Shown here one piece after another: positions 26,701 through 39,826 of a stretch of DNA of 64,000 nt. The stretch is from Paraspadella gotoi. Lineage: Eukaryota; Animalia; Chaetognatha. The stretch's first letter is position 1. Every line of letters starts with the position of its first letter. Both the position numbers and the translations under genes were made by a program. Location of the stretch: the NCBI GenBank assembly GCA_051294375.1, contig CM119264.1, positions 9,484,764-9,548,763 of the forward strand. The letters run 5' to 3'. The notes under the pieces were generated by a model that saw nothing but the letters and a program-made list of their open reading frames with translations, did not search any database and had not been told where the DNA came from.

Positions 26701-29700
26701 TAAATTCGCTTTTAGTTTATTGGTTTTTGAGGAAAAATCTTTAGTTTATTTTGTCCTTTTGTTTCGCACGTTGATTTTTCGTAATGCATCGATGCGCCAA
26801 AACGCGCGTTCGTTTAATATTTGAAAAAGAGATACGATCTCGAACGCTCACTTTAATAAATAACCTAAATTTTTTTTCGTTTCTCGCGCGTGTCGATGAC
26901 ATTACGGTGACAGAGAAAAAGTAGGTCGTCGTCATTTCGCTCGAATCTTGTCTTTTTGCATTTTTTTTTCTCTTGCGCGTAGATAATTAACGACACTGCG
27001 AATTACGTTATATACTATGTTTACAACTGCTACTATTACCAATTCTACCAAAACAGTAACACTGTGTCATGGTCCCCAAACCGATGGTCATGGTCCTTGA
27101 CACGAAAAAAAAGAAAAGAGTTTAAATATATTCTATAATATTTGTTTATTCATATTTTTTACAAAGCTGTCTTAATAAAAACATTGAATTCGAGCGAAAA
27201 CGACACTTTTTCAATGTTCTATGGTTTACAAACTCAATTTCTCCCTTTTTCTTACCCACCCCCCATCTTCTCTCTCTCTCTCTTCCTCTCTCTCTCTCTC
27301 TGCTCTCTCTCTCTCGTCTCTCTCTCTGCTATCTTCTATCACCTCTGGTAGCTTACTTCCTCTCTTCTGATCTCTTCCAGCGTTACCGCCGATGGTCGGG
27401 CTTCCAGCCCCTGGCCCGCACGGGTCCTCCGCCCCACCGTCGGGCGGAGGGGGCCCAGGGGGGGCGCCCGTTACGGACACGGACTTTGAAAATACGATGA
27501 AGCAGGAATTTGATCAGTACCTCTTTCCTCGATCGGGTGGATTTGGGGATTACTCTTCAATCAGATTAGGTAGGTTGTTGTGCCTGAGATTCGATAAATG
27601 AGAGGTGCAATGAAAAACTGTGTAACTTTACTTTCCCTCATTTCCTTAGGATCGTACAACCGACTACCTCATGGAGCCTCGACGCCAGATTCTCAAACGG
27701 GCGTCGCCGCTCACGATCAAGCTACCTCCACGACGATGGGTGGTAGCAACGCTGTGGGAAACCGCGGTCCCGGTAAGGCATTTGTTAATTGACTTGATAG
27801 CTCATTGATAAATTCATTGACCGAGTAGTTGCTCAAGTTGCTCAAGTTGCTCAAGTTTTATTAAATGTTTCAAAATTGATTAAAAATTTGAATTATTGTT
27901 TAAATAACTAATTATTTGATTGAACAATTGATTAATATTTTAATGAAAATTTCCATTGAATCCTTCATTTTTATATCGGTTTTCAGCCCGCGGTTTGGAT
28001 TTGGCCACTTGGAACTCAGGACAATTATCTCAGGAACAAAAGACGGAGATGCTCGACGAAACGGTCGGCATACTCTCACGAGCTCATAACATGTATCACG
28101 GAGACGTGTTCACCGCCAAAGAGAAGATGAAAGAAAAGTTAGATAAAAAAGAGGTAAGGAAGAAAGAAAGGACAATTATTATCAAGTACTATTGCCGTTA
28201 TCACCAGTAGGATTGACCTCGACCCTTATTTGTCCCCAGAGCGATTCGCGCGACTCGGATGTTGTGATGAAGAGAGAATTTCCAGAAGACGACGACGACG
28301 AAGTTGGCGAATCGGAGGACCCCTCATCGTCGATGGCCACGAAGGTGAGTTTATGGCCGCGGAAAATGCGACAGAGTAAAGCTGGAGAGAGGATATTGTG
28401 ACCACGACTTGGACGAGGAAAACTTTGGTCAGGTTATTAGTGCGATGCTCGAAGCAGATTGTAAACAACATTTGGAGCGCGGGTCGCGGTGGGTTTGGAT
28501 CGACAAGTCCCAGAAAAGCAAGACTGGGAGTAATTTGTCAAGAGATAATCAAGATTGTATCTGCTATGTTATTAGGAATTCAATCTTAGCGTGATTACTA
28601 CTAAGGAAAAAAAGATCCACGAGAGAAAAGATCCACGAGAGAGAAGATAATCAAGAGGCGTAGAAAAAAAAACGAGGAAAAAAATAGAAAGAAAGAAGAA
28701 ATTATCGAGATACAAACGCAGATGGCGCATATTGATTTGTTCGTTTCAAGGTAGGGATAATTGCAGAGACAAGGAAAGAAACAATTGGTTGGAACGCCAC
28801 GATGTTCATTATAAAAGAAAATGAGACTGCGACGGTGAGNNNNNNNNNNNNNNNNNNNNNNNNNNNNNNNNNNNNNNNNNNNNNNNNNNNNNNNNNNNNN
28901 NNNNNNNNNNNNNNNNNNNNNNNNNNNNNNNNNNNNNNNNNNNNNNNNNNNNNNNNNNNNNNNNNNNNNNNNNNNNNNNNNNNTCTGGGCAGAGTTGACG
29001 TCGGCGATGCCGGTTCAGGCGCAGAAGTTCGTGGAGTTTTGCAAATCGATGCCAGGATTCAACTACTTGAGTCCCGACGATCGACACGTCATCCTGAAGA
29101 CGGGACTCTTCGACGTCTGGCTGGTAAGTTAGAGCATGATTTGGGTGGAGTCTGGGGAGGAGGGAGAGTTATTCAGTTTTTTATTTGGTTTTTGGGGAAC
29201 TTGAAAAGAAGCGGGTGGGGAAGCTTGAAGGATAGTACCAGCAGCAGGGGGATCTCGGCCCTGGAGACACTGGATGACGTTGACGACTTGGTATCGATTT
29301 TGAGAGACTAAATTCGGGCAAAAGTTTTAGAATNNNNNNNNNNNNNNNNNNNNNNNNNNNNNNNNNNNNNNNNNNNNNNNNNNNNNNNNNNNNNNNNNNN
29401 NNNNNNNNNNNNNNNNNNNNNNNNNNNNNNNNNNNNNNNNNNNNNNNNNNCTCTCTCTCTCGTTCTTTCAAGTGTCAAAATTTGATGAGACCCGATGACC
29501 CTAAAACGAATGGATTCGGTTTCATTCCCGTTGTGCTCCGATTTTAACCTGATTGACGAGTCGGATTCAGGACCGAGACTAATCTTGATTGTAACTGATC
29601 ATTAGGAGGTCGACAATTTTATTTTTAAGCAAATACTTTTACGAATACAAATACAAAATTTTCAAGCAAAATTTTTAAAATTGTTTTTNNNNNNNNNNNN

Positions 29701-31192
29701 NNNNNNNNNNNNNAAACTTTGGGTCAAAGGTCACTATTAGAGTGCATGCTCAAAGCATGATTTCGTAAACAACATTTGGAGCGCGGTTCAACGGGTTTGA
29801 GTCGGTTTGCGATCGACAAAGTCCCAGAAAAGACAAGACAGGGAGTAAGACTGTCTAACAGATAATCAAACGATTTGTATCTGCCCCTACAGTTTATTGA
29901 ACCATAACTTCCTCCCAATCAACGCGTGATTTACTCATCTAACTAGCGAAAAAAATCCAGCCAACCAAGAGAGATCAAATTACATCAGACGTAGGCGCGG
30001 AGAAAAAAACAAGGAAAAAAATAGAGAATGAAAGAAGAAATTAATCGAGATACAAACGCAGATGGCGTCATAATCTGATTTTGTTCGTTTCAGGTAGGGA
30101 TAATTGCAGTGAGCGACCAAGGATAAGAAAACAATTGCGTTGGAACGCTCACGCTATGTTCATTATAAAAAGAAAATGAGACTGACCGACCGGTGAGGAC
30201 GGCCATTAATAATATAGCGAGGCAATTTAGCGAAAATTAGTTGCTAAACTAAACATAGATAGAGCAAGAGGAGGGAGAGAGAGAGAGAGAGAGAGAAGAA
30301 GAGAGAGAGAGAGAGGAGAGAGGAGATAGACGGAGAGACGAGAGAGAGGCAGATAAAACGCACCTCTTTCGTCCCTGCTCTAGGAGCGCATCTGGCAGAA
30401 GTTGACGTCGGCGATTGCCGGTTTACAGGGCAGAAGTTCGTGGAGATTTGCACAAATCGATGCCAAGGATTCAACTACTTGAGTCCCGACGATCGACACG
30501 TCATCCTGAAGACGGACTCTTCTTCGACGTCTGGCTGGTAAGTTAGAGCATGATTTGGCGTTGAGTCTGGGGAGGAGGGAGAGGTTATTCAGTTTTTGAT
30601 TTGGTTTTTGGGAACTTGAAAGAGCAACGCTGGGTGGGGAAGTTTGTAAGTGATATGACCTAGCCAGCAGAGGGATCTCGGCCCTGGAGACACTGGATGA
30701 CGATTTGAACGGACTTTGAGAGACTAAAATTCGGGCAAAAGTTTTTGAATATAATTTTTGGGAAAAAACAATTCTTTCAAACGTTGACTATTTTAAATCC
30801 ATCTTCTCTCTCTCATCTCTCTCTCTCTCTCTCCTCTCTCTCTCTTCTCTCTCAGTCTCTCGTTTCTTTCGAAGTGCTCAAAATTTTGATGTAGACCCGA
30901 TGAAACCCTAAAACGAAATGATTTCGTTTCATTCCGTGTTGCTCCCGATTTTAACCTATTGACGAGTCGGATTCAGGACCGAGACTAATGTTGCATTGTT
31001 AACTGATCATTAGGAGGGTCGACAATTTTATATTTAAGCAATATTTTTACGAATACAAATACAAATTCAATCAAAATTTTTTTATTTTCGAAAAAATCTG
31101 TTAATTGTAGATTTTTAAATTGTTTTTACATTTTTTAAACAATTTAAATGACTTCAGATTTGAGTAAACTGTGAAAGGGCTTTTTGCTCTCT

Positions 31193-31244
<52 letters not shown>

Positions 31245-31607
31245 CTCTCTCACTCTCTCTCTCGACGTCCACGTGAGCGAAAGCCTTTTCCCGATTCTCG
31301 TTAGTCATATCAAATCGTTACTGAAATGAGAGATGACTCAAATTCTTTGTTATCTCGTTAATAGAGAATGAAAGCGAAGCTGAAAAGAGGGTAAAAGCAT
31401 GAGAAAAAAATTAGAGTGAAGGAAAAGAGGGTAAAGGGATGAATGAGAGGGTGGGGAGTCGGGGGGGGGGTACAGGGAAAGGGAAAATATTCGGCTTGAT
31501 TTGAACCCCCAACGGAATTCTCGTCGCCCTCGGAGTCGAAAATTTAATTTCCTCCTTGTAGCGCGGCTATTTCTTGGTTTTTTGAACTTTCTCTCACTCA
31601 TCTCTCT

Positions 31608-31646
<39 letters not shown>

Positions 31647-32719
31647 TACTTCTCTCTCATCCTCTCTCCTCTCCTCTCTCCCTGCTCTCTCTCTCGATAG
31701 TAAGGCGCTTTTCTCAGCACCCGGGGTCATCCTAAACACCCAAAGCAACCCAAACAAAAAATCGACAAAAATCGAGATTCAAAAGGTTCCGTCGTCCTTG
31801 AGGTTTGAGGAAGATCCAGCTGGAGCAGAAACTTTGCTCCTCCCGGAATTAGCAAAGATCAGTTGGAGCAGAAAAAAAAAACTGCAAAATTCACTTTAAA
31901 AAAAAATTCTTTAAATGGATCGTTATTTCACTATTACTAACTTAACATATTAACAAACTCTCAGTCTTTGAAAGATGCAGGGTTAAGAACTTCAACTTGA
32001 GCGAATCCGCGGGTTGCGCTGCTTATAAAATGTAGATCATGTAAATCTGATGGTAATCTTGCAAATGCCCCCCAAAGGGCCGACCGAGGCCTTCTCCATC
32101 CTTCGCTTCTTCTCTCTCTCTGCCTCTCGTTGTCTCTCGAATCAACTTTCGCCCACTTGTTAATCGTAAGTCATAGAGTAGACTAGGAAATGAAAAGGAA
32201 TGTTTTTCTCTTGATCTTTTTTCTAGGTAAAGAATTTTTTTTTTTTACTTTACGGTCTCCGATTGATTTACAGATTGATTGCTTTGTTTCTTTTGTTCTT
32301 CCTTTCTTTTCTTTCTCTCTTTCTTATTTTACTTTAGCTCCCTCCCTCTTTTTTTCTCTTTTCCTATTTTCTCTTTCCTTTGCCTGACAGTTAAGACGTG
32401 TGAATAATTGTTGTCCACAAACTCTCAGCTTTTGAGCGATCGATTATCGGCGCAGTCAAACTTTCGCCTTTAAATCTAACAGTAATTAAAAAGAAAAATT
32501 CGGATAAAAACAAAAACAAAACCAAAAAAAAATAATAAAATAATTTTGAAAAAATCAATTTAAAAAAATTATTTATAAATCTCCGGTGACAAAACCTGCA
32601 AAAAATCTAACAATAAATGATCATAAAATGGTTATAAATACGACAGAAATAAAGAGATAGCAAAAGAAGTTTATCAACTGGGCGTTGAAACGTTCATACT
32701 GAATCAGGTTGGCCTTGTA

Positions 32720-32753
<34 letters not shown>

Positions 32754-35213
32754 ATCAGCTACGGTCCTACTTCTACTTTGACATTATTTAACATATGTTG
32801 TGGACGAGGCCTTTCCAAACGGCTGTTGCGACAAGAACAAAGCCTTATAACTCTTCCGCAAGAAAGGAAAGATTTAAAAATCCAAAAATCATCTCGTCCC
32901 AATAAGTCTCCTATCATGTATAGGTAAAGTCTTGTAGAGACTTGAATTAAAAAAAGGCTAATAGTGGATCTGACAGAAAGGGATGAGAAACCGTTATCAA
33001 AGTGGCATATTAAGAAGAATCGGAGTCCACACAAGACTCATTGTTTAGATTAACAGAGGTGTAGTTCAGCGGTTTCTGAGGAAAACGAAATATGCGTTAG
33101 TAGGTTTATTCTTTGGACATTGAACTAGCATTTTGAGTCATCTTCTAGCGACTGGAACGGTTTTACGTTACAAAAATAGCCAAAAAAGGCGGCCTTTGCA
33201 TACACAAATTATGATAAGGATCATAGCAATTTACATTAAGTGACCGCTTATTTATAACCGTCCACTTGAAGGCAAGGAGACAGTCCACAAATCTTTCTAT
33301 AAATCAACATCACTGTGTACTCCGACTAAGGGCAGGGTGGTAATTAGTCCAGACCTCTTCAATATTCATATTACCACGACGACGCTAATTTGAAGGCGGC
33401 AATACAGAAATAGAGCCCAGCTTCAATTATGCTGATGAATCAAGGCGGTTATGACTATCGCAGATATCCGCACAAACTGCAAACTACGGATTTAAAGAGA
33501 CTAATCACAATTTAAGAGCAGTGGCTGCCACCCAAATGGCGCCCTAAAAATTAGCCCCTCACACAAGTTCAAACTTAATAATCTGTATGTCCGCCTGACA
33601 AATCATCTGAGGGGCTGATCATGAACGCTCAGTCTCCTTGTGGCCACCACGGTCGAAGTGGTCGACAAAGTTAAAATTTTGCGGGTTACACTGGAATCAA
33701 AATCATTACTGTTGGAAGATTACTAAATGAAAACGTGGTGCGAAAAGGATATAGTACTTGGAATTCTAAGACGGATTCAAAAACGTATGAACGAAAGGGG
33801 AATCATATCAGCATGATATTATATTTACAAACATATCGATCAGAACCGCTAATAGAATATGGCAGCATTTTGTACTTAACTATGATCCGAGGTTCATTGC
33901 GACGTAAACTGGAAAGAAGTCCAGAGCGTCAAGCATTGACGCATATGGGACACTGAATCTCCCGAAAAGATGGGTGTAAATACAACTGAACTACTGATTT
34001 GGCGGCTGGAAGCGTAAGGTGTGAAAAACATTTAAATGACATTTAGTTTCAAAAGTCTTTGTAGCATGATATAGCAAAGTGGATATAGTGCGGCGAGACC
34101 ATCTGCGAATTCGAAGACCAACTGTGTAACAGCAGGAACATTTACAAGACAGTCTCAAGAGTTCTAACAACTGGGCTCCAATTTGACACAAAACGGCACC
34201 GTAGACCACCAACAACCATGACAGACATAGACAGAGACAAAGCTACTCCATGGCCACGTCGCTCCTTACAAGGCCAATCGACTCTCACTTCCGATGTTGA
34301 ATGGCTATCTCGAACGGGTGAGTAGCCACACACGATTCTGTGAAATCGTGATCTCGGAGGAAGACGAAAGCGGCTGCCCAGGTAGTACAAATTAATTAAT
34401 TAATCAAATTTTTTTTTTTTGTTGTATTTGTTCCGTTTCTCTTTGTACTAGACTAAACTAATTTAATAGACGCTAATTAAGTACTATGTAAACTTGGTCT
34501 ACTTGTCAATGGAACAGTAATCACAGCGCACAACTTAATTTAATTTTGTTTGGTGTACAAGTATTCGTAGTATATGGCTGCCAATTCAATGTAAACGTAG
34601 CACTCTATCTTTGCTTAGTTTGAGCTTCGATTAATACTGGTACAAATAGATTTTATTTTTGTCGTGAGCTTTTATCAATGTTTAATTTTGTTTCGCTGTC
34701 AACACGAAGTTATAGAGTGACACGTGGTCATCGATCAGAAGGCTATAGAAACTCAGATGCTAATATCCGCGATTTTAATTCAGCAAGTTCAACTTGTTTC
34801 ATATACATTATGAATGTAGTAGACCTAAAAACTCGTTCTTTGCTTATCAAACTGTTTATATACATTCAGCCCTTAAGGTCGCGTTGTAACCCACTCCAGG
34901 GCAATAGGGAGATTCTATTCAAATCAAATCAAGATCTCGTCTCTTTGAAGCTATTCCGTTTACGTACCGTTTTTCAAACACAACATCCGGCTACCAGGCA
35001 AAAGGAGAGAGTTAAAGATTTATCTAATCACACAACAACTTTTTATTTTTCAGTCTCTTCTTCATGCCCCTGCAGCGTAAAAGTCCTGCTGGTCCTGTCA
35101 GTTGAAAAAAAGATCTGAAATACACAAAAAGACATAATGATATATAATAATCGCGCAGTCACCGAACATTTTGCTTTTCTCTCTCTCTCTCCTCTCTCTC
35201 TCTCCTCTCTCTC

Positions 35214-35256
<43 letters not shown>

Positions 35257-35595
35257 CCTTTTTTTTTTTGGCGAGGATCTTTGAAGGCTGGCTAAGCTCG
35301 AAAGCACCTTGACCTATGCTACTTACTTTTCGAATCGAAGAGAGAAGAAAGTAGGAGGAGGAAGAGGATGATAAGGGATGAGGAAGAGGCGGAGTTTGAA
35401 TGTAAGGAGGGCCAAAAATTCGCGGCGGACGAATTGCAAGGTTATCAACCCCGACGAAGGGGGGCCATCGGGCATTCACTCTTTTTTTTATCTCTCCTCT
35501 CGACGCCTCTTATGAAATGTTATCCTGATTCAAGAATAATTGGGCGTAAGATATGATAGTAGAGAGAGAGAGAGAGGAGAGATGAATGAAGAGTC

Positions 35596-35635
<40 letters not shown>

Positions 35636-37125
35636 ATCGTACGATAACTCCGATTTCTCAATCAAGCTATAACTTGGCTTTGATCGTGAAAAAGCATTTA
35701 AGAGAAAAAATATCGGGAACAAAAGAAACATAGCAGGTGATAGTTCCTCTGATAATCTCTTACTTAGTCCTAGTCCTAGTCTTAGTCCTAGTCTTAGGAA
35801 TATAATGATGACTGACTTGCAAAATGTCTTCCACAATATTCTCTCCCGTTTTAATTCTTTCGTTTCTCTTCATATTTTCCTTTACTTTTCTACCTCGCCA
35901 TTTCCTTGTCTTTCTCTATCATTGTTTCCGCGCTTTTCTATTTATTCTTTTCCCTCCATTCAACTGCCCAAGGTCATCGAAATAGTTTTTTTAGATTTTT
36001 TTCATAGTCTTTCTTTTTTTTTCTTTTTTTCTTTCTTTTTTTTCTTTCGTTGATTTTTTTCTTTCTTTCTTTCTTTCGTTTATTTTTACTAAAGAATTCC
36101 TCTCCTCATTTCCTTCGGGATTTTCAGCCTCTTTTTCAACCCAATTTTTTGTTTTGTTTCAGAGATAGATCTCACAGAAACGTTCATTTTGAAGTCGTGC
36201 GTTAGAACGACTGAGAGCAACATTGTTAGTTCAACAGGATATGTGACGAAAACTCTAATTTAGCAAATCGATATGATTTTGCTGCTGATTACTGAACTTA
36301 TAAAAGAAACTGAAGTACATACAATAACGCATATGACGTAATATCCATCACTATAAAAGTACCAGCGCTTCTCTCGTGAGATTTGCGAACACGAACTTGG
36401 AGACAAAGTCGCGGTCGACAATGAGACGAAAATAGACGAAAAATTCCGTTTTCTGTCCAGCGATCCCGGTGGGGATGGAAAAAAGGAGGTTGAATGGCCT
36501 CGGAGGGTCGGTGGCGGCAGCGCCATCCCGACACGCTTCCGCCATCGGCCCCCTCTCCCCCAAACGAACCAATGACACCGCATAACTTTTTTTCGCTTAC
36601 TTTCTTATTTTCTCGCAGTTTTGTCTTCTGATGTCAAATATTTACGTCAGAACGCTAACAGATGGGACAAATAGGGAGATGGATTTGAAAGTGGCGCTGG
36701 AGAAGGAAACAGCCTTCGTTTTTATCTTTTATGAAATATTAATATTCACGCTGCTAATGTGGGAAAGAGTTGAAAATGAGAAAGGAGAAATTGGGATGTA
36801 GATTTTGTCTTATTCAAAAAAAAAAAAAAATTCATAAGCCGTGCTTTCTTCGTTTAACAACATTTTGTAAGCCATCCACAGAGCATCCATTTGGATGTCA
36901 AATTTCAATCCATCTAAACCACATGCGTCCACGCATCTGCGTCGTTTCCCTCGTCGTCTTTGTCGCCGTCGTCGTTGAGCTGAAATGTCAGGATGCCTCG
37001 ATCTTTAAAAACGGCGCTCTCCCAAAAAGTCGTTCATCTTTTAAAAGATGGGGGAAGGGCGCAAGGGCGCATCCAAAGCAGCACGCGCGTTTTATCTCTC
37101 TCTCTCTGGTCTCTGTCTCGTCCTC

Positions 37126-37200
<75 letters not shown>

Positions 37201-37216
37201 TCTTCTCTCTCTCTCT

Positions 37217-37279
<63 letters not shown>

Positions 37280-37288
37280 CTCTCTTTC

Positions 37289-37337
<49 letters not shown>

Positions 37338-37377
37338 TCTCTCCTCTCTTCTTCTTTCTCTTCTTTCTCTCTCTCTC

Positions 37378-37422
<45 letters not shown>

Positions 37423-39792
37423 TCTCTCTCTCTCTCTTCTCTCGCTCTCTCTTCTCTCTCTTTCTCTCTCTTTCTCTTTCTCTCTCTCCTTTCTCTCTCT
37501 CTTTCTTTCTCTTTGTATAATTTCATCAAGTCTCATTCCTCTTACATTTATGTTTCAAATCCGCAAAATTTCAGGTTTCTTGAGCCCTCCTAAAATATGC
37601 GTCGCTTTACTAACTTTTTATTGCTTCTTAATTTTTTCTCTCTTCTTCTTTCTTTCGCTTTTCTCTTTTCTGGTCTCTCTTTTCGGCTTCCCTTCCATCG
37701 TCTTCGTCTTCTTTCCTCGAGTTTCCTTCCCGTTTTCTTTAGGCTTAATTCTTTTGTTGACTCATTGATGATTGTTGGTCTTTTCACCTCTTTCATTATT
37801 TCTTTTTAGTTACGCAGGGATGCAAGGAGAAATGTTTAGATTAAAAAAAAATGAATTTGTACAATGATCGATTAACTGCAATTGAAAAGGACCATTGTAG
37901 ACTTCTTCGACAATAGAATGTCAACTTAATTCTCTTCTGTTAAAGAGGGATTTTCGTTCGAATGTAAAAAAATATTTGAAAAGATTCAAAGAGAAGGTCA
38001 GCAAAGTCGATTTTGAAATAAAATATTTTCCTCGCATAATTGTTCTACTTGAACATCTTAAAAAAAAAATCCAGTTAATCTCGGATTTTAAAAGAGATTA
38101 GTTAATGATTAAGCATTATGGTTGAGCGAACGGTCAAGCCTAATCCTGCCTTTTATTGTTCTGTTACGGTTCTCTCCGGTTGATTAGTTTTCAGATTGAC
38201 AGATCATAGCGCAGTCTGCCTAGTTGACGTGCTGACATGAGGGTGACTCAACAAATTTTTATTGTTAGTCGATTTTTGTGAATTTTAAAGGATTTTAATA
38301 CTAAGTTTAAGACAAAATTTATTTCAGAATGCAATAAACATCGAGATCAGAACTCCATATGAGTTGAAAACTGGGTTAGCGCAATGCTCCCGGAACTAAT
38401 GCTGTCCAAATCCGGATGTAATGTAGATGAAACCCAGATGAATCACTTATAAGGATCACATAATCGCTTCATCTTTCCTGTGTGGCACGTGTGACATCCG
38501 TGAGAGGTTCTCCTTTGATCAATTTAATACATTTTTTTTGCAAAACTATATTTTGTCAAAACGCGATCTGATTTTTGTGTCGAATGTTTTTAATGCACCC
38601 ATATATTTTACGTAGCATACAAGGAGCTCTTATTATTTCTATCAATTAAATACGCTTAAAGCCTGTCCTAATAACTGATCAAGATCAAGAAGAACATGAA
38701 GAAGAACTAAAAGTTTAGCTTAACGCTGCTCATGTACTCATGTTAGGAGATTTTTAAGTTTTTTCATTTTACTAGCGATCAGAGCCTTTTTACTGTTAGA
38801 AACACTGATTTAGTAAAATGAAGTGCATGTTGACCATATAAGATTTTTTTTTTGTCAGCCTCTTTATGTTTTTTGAGCCAGTGACTTGATACTTTTTTGC
38901 CAGTCATCCGATGCTTTTCGGCCTGTAACCTCATTCCTTTTCGCCCGCCACCTGACACGTTTCTGCCATTCACCTTATTTTTTTTTCTCCTAATTTTCTC
39001 TTTCTTCCCTCTGAAGCAGGAAATGGCGCAATTGCGCCAACGGTTTTGCGTCAGAGGCTTTCGAGACTCAAGACGAGTTGTCAGGAAAGGCCGAGTGATT
39101 GATTTACCGAGGGGACTGTCGAGAAAGGTATATTAAGGAGTCCTAACGAGAATTTTTGAAAGACGCTGAAAGCACTGACGTACCCAGAGTCTGACTCGAT
39201 AATTATAAAATGAATATACATATGTATTTTTCTATAATCATTGCCCGAGACGATGCTACGCAAAATGAAAGTAGAAAAATAAAAATTAGGGAATTTAAAG
39301 TTCGTGCAAATGTTAATTATGCCGTATAAAAATCGTTAAAAATCCATGACGATTCCACATACAACTAATTAATCGAAATAGATATCTATATTAAACTTAT
39401 ATTAAATCAAATATATAAAAGTGCGAAGAGAGCGTGAGATATCGACGGTGACAAAATCACGGTCAATTTATTCTTTTCCTCTCCAAAAACTCGAAAGCCT
39501 TTTTCCGTTCGTCCTCTAGGATTTTTTTTTCTTTTTCTTTTTTCCACTTTCCTTTATTTTTTCTTCACTAGCAGCAGCAGAGGCAAACACACCGCGTCAG
39601 ACGCGGCCGCCGTTACTTTCTCGGCGGATCCCGCAGCTGCTGCATCGCTTTCCCGCGACCCTCGCTGCTGCGGCGCTTCTGCTGCAGCCGCGGCAGCAAA
39701 ATTAAAAAAAAAAAAGCCGCTTCGTCGCGGCTGCGGGTCGGCGCTCTGCGGCGTTCACCTAGTTTTGGCTCACCCCTTCCACCATGGGGACC

Positions 39793-39826
<34 letters not shown>

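Noticed and set aside
30384-30537. Mutually exclusive duplicated LBD exon
   Set aside because: The copy has multiple 1-nt indels in exon and flanks alike, typical of raw long-read error.
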